From: Candidatus Sericytochromatia bacterium
Lineage (GTDB): Bacteria > Cyanobacteriota > Sericytochromatia > S15B-MN24 > VGJW01
Assembly (NCBI GenBank): GCA_035285865.1
Contig: JAYKHS010000011.1
Span: 1-64,000 of the forward strand
Direction: 5' to 3'
Length of the DNA: 64,000 nt
How positions within the stretch are numbered: position 1 is the stretch's first letter; each line of letters begins with the position of its first letter. Below are positions 59,094-64,000 of the stretch, one piece after another. The notes beneath the pieces are model-generated. The model made no database searches and was not told the DNA's origin. It saw only the letters and a list, made by a program, of their open reading frames with translations. Both the position numbers and the translations under genes were made by a program.

Positions 59094-59553
59094 GGTCGAG
59101 ATCCCGGGGTTTCGAAGCGAACCTTGGGCTACGCGTCTCAAGAGGGCAATCATCGAACTCGGCCTTCCTGATGATACGGAGCTGGCCGTTCGTCTGGTGT
59201 CCGACGCATCCATCAGGACCTTGAACCGGGACCACCGAGGCAAGGATGCCGCCACGGACGTACTCAGTTTCCCGATGTACGAGGCCGACGAGCTGGCCGC
59301 ACTCCTCGCGGGCGACCAGCCGAGAGATCCCGGTCCCCTGCTGCTCGGTGACCTCGTCGTGTCCTGGGAAACTTGCAACCGGCAGGCCGAGCACTATGGC
59401 CACGGCCTTGAGCGCGAGTTCGGCTTCTTGCTGGCCCACGGTCTGCTTCATCTCGTGGGTGATGACCATCAGACCCCAGAGGAGGAGGGAGCCATGCGCG
59501 ATCGACAGCGGAAGCTCCTTGACCTCTGGGATCTCGGCCTGGAGTCGGCGTGA
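59071..59553 (+). CDS. ybeY: rRNA maturation RNase YbeY
   Basis: LNRDHRGKDAATDVLSFP, LGDLV, HGLLHLVGDDH. Confidence 0.95.
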   Translation: MEVHLELEVEIPGFRSEPWATRLKRAIIELGLPDDTELAVRLVSDASIRTLNRDHRGKDAATDVLSFPMYEADELAALLAGDQPRDPGPLLLGDLVVSWETCNRQAEHYGHGLEREFGFLLAHGLLHLVGDDHQTPEEEGAMRDRQRKLLDLWDLGLESA

Positions 59554-59957
59554 GATTCAAGGCCGAGAGCTTTCAGGCCAGCTTCCGATTCGCCGGTGCG
59601 GGCCTCGCCTTTATGTGGCGCACGCAGAGGAACTTCAGGGTGCATATAGCGGCGACCGTGGTCGCCCTGGCCTCTGGCGCGCTTTTGTCGTGTCCCCCGC
59701 TGGAAATGGCGATTCTTCTGATGGTCTGCGCCGGAGTCGTCGCCTGCGAGATGCTCAACACGGCCATCGAGAACGCAGTGGACCTTGCCGTTCGAGAGCG
59801 CCATCCTCTGGCCAAGGCGGCCAAGGACGTGGCGGCCGGGGCCGTCCTGGCCTCCGCGCTCACTGCTGTCGCGGTTGGCGGCCTGATTCTGGGCCCTCGA
59901 GCGTTGGAGCAGTGGTGGCCCCTCCTGCAGGAGGCCTTGGCTCTTCCGTTGCCTTGA
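59550..59957 (+). CDS. dgkA: Diacylglycerol/undecaprenol kinase
   Basis: SFRFAGAG..QRNFRVH, EMLNTAIENAVD, KAAKDVAAGAV. Confidence 0.93.
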   Translation: MRFKAESFQASFRFAGAGLAFMWRTQRNFRVHIAATVVALASGALLSCPPLEMAILLMVCAGVVACEMLNTAIENAVDLAVRERHPLAKAAKDVAAGAVLASALTAVAVGGLILGPRALEQWWPLLQEALALPLP

Positions 59958-60381
59958 CCCACAGGGCGCGACCCGCTGCCCCGAGGCCGGCTCCCAAAAC
60001 ACGCGCACGAAGCAGGGCCCGCTGCCCCAGTTCGGCGGTGCCTTCGATGACCGGGTCGGCAAGACGCTGCTGAATCTTGCGGGTGGTGTCTGCCGCCACA
60101 CCTGTCACCCGGGCCAGATCCCCGGCAGCATCCCCGAGACGCGTGCCCGCCTGGCGAATCTGCACACCAAGCCCCTCCATCGCCTCGGCCTCACGGGCCA
60201 ACTGATCCAGCATCCGTTCCATGCGATCGACAGCATCGGGCAGACGGCGCATCGTTCGTGCCAGCAACAGCAGGATCCACCCCGCAAGGACAGCTAGGCC
60301 GACGCCGACCCAAGTCAGGACGGCCTCCCCGAGTTGCTGCAGCTCCGAATACGGTGCAGCGGTCAGAGGGACACCAGTCAA
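59860..60381 (-). CDS. Hypothetical membrane-anchored coiled-coil protein
   Basis: Single TM then long helix; TTGA overlap with upstream gene. Confidence 0.6.
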   Translation of the reverse strand: MTGVPLTAAPYSELQQLGEAVLTWVGVGLAVLAGWILLLLARTMRRLPDAVDRMERMLDQLAREAEAMEGLGVQIRQAGTRLGDAAGDLARVTGVAADTTRKIQQRLADPVIEGTAELGQRALLRARVLGAGLGAAGRALWVKATEEPRPPAGGATTAPTLEGPESGRQPRQQ

Positions 60382-60836
60382 CGGGAGAGCGCTTCCTGCT
60401 GCCGTTGCCGCGCTTCGGCAACTTGGTCGGCCAGAAGACGTTGCCGATCCCGTTCGCGTTCCCGAGCGGCTTGCTGCCGCATGCGCTCCGGCACCTGGGC
60501 GCGCTCGCGCTCATCATCCTCCTCACGCTGGGCGTCGGCCTTCGCCCGCGACTTGGCCACAACGGCGGATGCCAGATTCTGGGCCCAGCGCACCAAGGGC
60601 TCAAATGGCTTGACGAGCGCATCCCGGAGCGTCCTGCCGATACGCTTCAGGGTCCCGAAGAACCCGGACTCGGAAACCGATGGAGCGACCGAGTTCCCCT
60701 GCAGTTCAAGTCCGCTTGCGTAACGACCGGGAAGCCAGTCGGTGAGGCCTGCCAAAGCCCTTGTCAGCGCGCGAAGCCGAGCCACGGGACGACCCTGGGC
60801 AGGTCCCGTCTGGGGGCGAACATCATCGGCAAGCAT
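60378..60836 (-). CDS. Hypothetical protein with charged helical C-terminus
   Basis: TATAAC upstream; ERERDRQR-rich tail; start uncertain. Confidence 0.55.
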   Translation of the reverse strand: MLADDVRPQTGPAQGRPVARLRALTRALAGLTDWLPGRYASGLELQGNSVAPSVSESGFFGTLKRIGRTLRDALVKPFEPLVRWAQNLASAVVAKSRAKADAQREEDDERERAQVPERMRQQAARERERDRQRLLADQVAEARQRQQEALSR

Positions 60837-60883
60837 CTTGGTCAGTTATACCCGCCACGGCCTGCAAACTGACGCCGGTGACC

Positions 60884-63574
60884 TCAGAGCCACTTCGGGA
60901 ACCACACGTGCTTGTGGTAGTACCACCAAGGAATCGGCCAACCGGCGAGCAGCGGATAGAAGAACAGGAAGAGCCCGACGACCACCGCCAGATAGATCGG
61001 TGGCAAGAAGGCCGTCGGCCGATGACGCCACAGCCTGTCGAGCACGAAAGCCAGCAGCATGCAGGTGAACGGGATCGCCTCGAACATGTAGTGCAGGAAC
61101 ACCAGGGCCCGCGGCTCCACCCCCCAGGCCAACCACAAGCCCAGCGCAAAGGCGGCAGGAAGGCCAAACCGCCAGTCAAGCTTGCGGAAAGCCACCCACG
61201 TGGCCCCGAGCACGATTGGCAGATAAGCCCACCAGATGGCCGGATTACCGATGGCGACAATGCCGCCGACGGTCCCGTCCTTGAAGTCCTTGAACCAGTA
61301 CCAGGTGGGTCGGTAAAGCAAGGGCCACGTCCACCACGAGGACTGGTAGTTGTGACTCGCCGTCATGTCCGCGTGATAGTGGTACATCCGGCCCTGCAGA
61401 TCCCAGAGGTCGCGCAGCGTGTGCTCCGGATGCTGGATGAACCAGGGGATGTAGCTCGCGGCGTAAACCATGACCGGGACCACCCCGGCGAACACGACGA
61501 GCCGTGCCAGCAGACGCGGACCCAGTCCGTCGGGGTCACCGACCCGGCGATAACGGACGGCCTCGAAGAGCAACAGGAAAACGCCGATGCCCCACGCGTA
61601 GATGGCAGACCAGCGGCTGGCTACGGCAGCCCCCATGGACAGGCCCCAAAGGAGCAAGGGGCCCTCCGCCGCCAGCAAGGCACCCAGCCGTCCGGGCCCG
61701 GCCAACGCAAGGTGCCTTGACCGGGGGGGCTGATCGGGCAGCCACAGTCGGACGGGACTGCGCAGCGCCCACTGCCACAGGGACCAGGCCCCGAGGCACA
61801 GGAACAGCACCACGAAGATGTTGGTCATGGCGACCCTGCTCTGCACGAAGAAGACCCCATCCATGGCCAGCAGAAGCACCGCCAGCAGGGCCACGCGCCT
61901 TTGCCCGAAAATCTGGCGGGTCAGGGCATAGACGACGATCAGTGTGGCAGCACCCGCCAGCAGGCTGGCAATGCGCCATCCCCAAGCATCGGGCGTCCCC
62001 GTGATGACCAGAGCCAAGGCAATCGCCAGTTTGCCAAGATGGGGATGGGTCCACTCATAAGGTTCGACTCCGTCAACGAATTCCTTGGCGGTACGCGCGT
62101 GATAGACCTCGTCGAAGATCTGCTCATTGGGCAGGCCAAGGCGGACGGCACCGAGCGCGAGGAAGGCAAGGGCCACGCCAAGCATCCAGCGCGTATCCAG
62201 TGGCGTCCACGGCTCACGCGCTGGCGCGAGGACAGGTGTCCCCCTGCGGACCTGGCGCAGATTCATGGCAAGCAAAGCCTGGTGCCAGAAGCGACGCGGG
62301 GGAGCGTCGACGGGAAGCAGAAGACGGCCGAGCAAGTCACCGAACGCGAACATGGCGACGAGGACACAAGCAAGGGTCAGCTCCGGCTCGAAAGCCTCGC
62401 GGACGCCCCCCCACCACGGTCCCGGCGGGTGGTACAGCCCGAAGGCATAGACAAGGTTGGCCGTCGCCACGGCGGTCAGGACGACCCAGTGCAGGCGGAT
62501 TCTCGCGTTCACGGCCGCCGCCACGGTCAGCAGGCCAAGTCCGAGGAAGATGTATCGCTCGTGCATCCGCGTGGAGAGCAGGAAACACGCGAGCGGCACG
62601 ACCGCCATCAACAGGTCAGCTCGAGCCAGACTGGGCGTCTGCCGAGCCTCGAGCAGCTTCCAGACGAGCAAGCCGACCAAGAGGCCAAGCAGGATGATTC
62701 CCCAAGCCGCATGCGGGATGCCGATCAACTTGCGACTATCCGGTTGCCACATGCCTGTCGCGGCCCAGAGGTTGAAAGCATTGACCGAGCTGTGGGGGTA
62801 GGTGGAGGCCGTTGCCGCAAGTTTCTCGCGCATGAACACGAAGGGACCGACAAGCCCGGCATGCGCCTTGCCGAGCAGCGTGAAAGGCAGAATCAAGGCA
62901 TAAGCGAGACCCGCCCCCTTGCCGATGGAACGCAGCCAATCCCGCAACGGTGCGACGGGACCGCCGGCCAGCAGAAACATCGGCGCCACGAAGACGGCCT
63001 GTGGCTTGATCAGGGCCGCCACGGCAAGCACGAGCAAGGCGTGGTCGAGCCGACCCGCACGACGCAACACCCACGCCCACGCCACGACAGCCAGCAGGAC
63101 GGCGTCCATCTGCCCCCAGAAGGCCGAAACGCCCCAACTAAGGGGGGAGAGCAGCCAGGCTGCGGCCATCCAGTTGCGCGCGCGCGGCCCGATCCGTCCG
63201 TCCGTCAGACGCAGGAATGCCGCAAGAACCGCGAAGTCAGCCACGACACCCGGGAGCTTAATGAGGAAGCGCGTGATGTAGGCACCTGCAGGCGTGCCAC
63301 CGACCACCCCTTGCAGAAGCGCATCAACCATCCCGAGCAGGCCCAGCAAGTACAGATAGGCCGGCGTGTAGTCGCACCAGATGGTGTCGTAGAAGTGCCA
63401 CGGACCCTCGTGCGCGAGCTTGTACGCCCACGCGTGGAATGTCCTGACGTCGGCCTCGAAGCCGGGTGCGACGACCATCAGCACGAGTCGACCCAGGACG
63501 GCAGCCACCATCAAGGTTGCGGGCAGCCCCGGGAAGAAGGCGCGCAGAGACAGGGCTTGCAGAACGGGATTCAA
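60884..63574 (-). CDS. Double GT-C glycosyltransferase: N-terminal GT87/Alg6-like module + C-terminal protein-O-mannosyltransferase (PMT) module
   Basis: [84 protein letters not shown] + TTG overlapping the rph stop. Confidence 0.88.
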   Translation of the reverse strand: MNPVLQALSLRAFFPGLPATLMVAAVLGRLVLMVVAPGFEADVRTFHAWAYKLAHEGPWHFYDTIWCDYTPAYLYLLGLLGMVDALLQGVVGGTPAGAYITRFLIKLPGVVADFAVLAAFLRLTDGRIGPRARNWMAAAWLLSPLSWGVSAFWGQMDAVLLAVVAWAWVLRRAGRLDHALLVLAVAALIKPQAVFVAPMFLLAGGPVAPLRDWLRSIGKGAGLAYALILPFTLLGKAHAGLVGPFVFMREKLAATASTYPHSSVNAFNLWAATGMWQPDSRKLIGIPHAAWGIILLGLLVGLLVWKLLEARQTPSLARADLLMAVVPLACFLLSTRMHERYIFLGLGLLTVAAAVNARIRLHWVVLTAVATANLVYAFGLYHPPGPWWGGVREAFEPELTLACVLVAMFAFGDLLGRLLLPVDAPPRRFWHQALLAMNLRQVRRGTPVLAPAREPWTPLDTRWMLGVALAFLALGAVRLGLPNEQIFDEVYHARTAKEFVDGVEPYEWTHPHLGKLAIALALVITGTPDAWGWRIASLLAGAATLIVVYALTRQIFGQRRVALLAVLLLAMDGVFFVQSRVAMTNIFVVLFLCLGAWSLWQWALRSPVRLWLPDQPPRSRHLALAGPGRLGALLAAEGPLLLWGLSMGAAVASRWSAIYAWGIGVFLLLFEAVRYRRVGDPDGLGPRLLARLVVFAGVVPVMVYAASYIPWFIQHPEHTLRDLWDLQGRMYHYHADMTASHNYQSSWWTWPLLYRPTWYWFKDFKDGTVGGIVAIGNPAIWWAYLPIVLGATWVAFRKLDWRFGLPAAFALGLWLAWGVEPRALVFLHYMFEAIPFTCMLLAFVLDRLWRHRPTAFLPPIYLAVVVGLFLFFYPLLAGWPIPWWYYHKHVWFPKWL

Positions 63575-64000
63575 CGCCCGCTCTCCCCGCCTTCGGCGAG
63601 ACTGGCACGCTGCAGACCCCACAGCGTTCGCAGCCCACCGTGAGCCAGTTCGAGCAGGCCATCCATCTCGGACTTGGCCATCGCACGACCCTCCGCCGTG
63701 AAACCGACCTCGATCAGGCGACCGCTGCCCATCATGACGACCGTGCCATCCACCCCGGCTTCCCGATCCTCGTGATAGCAGAGGTCCAGGACGGGGTCGC
63801 CCCGGAAGATGCCGACGGAGACCGCCGCAATGGGCTCGACGGCCGGCATCTGCTTCAACATGCCCTTGGCGACCATCCAGGACAAGGCGTCATGCAGCGC
63901 GATCCACGCACCGGTGATCGAGGCAGTCCGGGTTCCGCCATCGGCCTGCAGGACATCGCAGTCCAAGGTGATCGTCCGCTCGCCCAACGCGGCCAGGTCG
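63571..64000 (-). CDS. rph: Ribonuclease PH (5' end outside window)
   Basis: [43 protein letters not shown]. Confidence 0.97.
   Translation of the reverse strand, partial: DLAALGERTITLDCDVLQADGGTRTASITGAWIALHDALSWMVAKGMLKQMPAVEPIAAVSVGIFRGDPVLDLCYHEDREAGVDGTVVMMGSGRLIEVGFTAEGRAMAKSEMDGLLELAHGGLRTLWGLQRASLAEGGESGR

Noticed and set aside
1..64000. CRISPR array, IS/transposase, prophage, rRNA, defence systems
   Set aside because: No regularly spaced repeats or recognisable motifs for these were seen by eye.

Overview
A high-GC bacterial chromosome segment that is densely packed and mostly housekeeping. It probably comes from a non-photosynthetic relative of Cyanobacteria such as Ca. Sericytochromatia; this is inferred from a DUF561/Ycf23 gene, an RRM (Rbp) gene and cyanobacteria-like PyrG/RpsU sequences. 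In order, it contains tRNA-Cys/tRNA-Gly, smpB, the DUF177-rpmF-plsX-fabHDG-acpP-fabF-rnc-rpe operon, recO/mutY, a sugar ABC transporter with a Leloir cluster (galK, two galT paralogues, an aldose-epimerase-like gene), a PlsB-like acyltransferase with gpsA, an acyl-CoA dehydrogenase, bolA/grxD, htpG, rbp, recQ, corC-pyrG-cdd-era, tatA, several orphan lipoproteins, lysS, ybaB-recR, an ECF sigma/ZAS anti-sigma pair, hit-rpsU-pgpH-like-ybeY-dgkA, a double GT-C (PMT) gene and a truncated rph. No CRISPR, IS or prophage was seen. The standout feature is a VWD-like gene (29140->27980, minus strand) with one in-frame TGA exactly at the fourth position of the GDP(H) motif, followed at once by a hairpin resembling a bacterial SECIS. 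It is a candidate new selenoprotein or read-through locus, although a nonsense mutation or assembly error cannot be excluded. Other notable signals are widespread apparent leaderless genes, a CTG-initiated gene that the reading frame seems to require, a split-off GalT N-terminal micro-protein and a structured rbp leader. All product calls come from motif recognition by eye; no searches were run.
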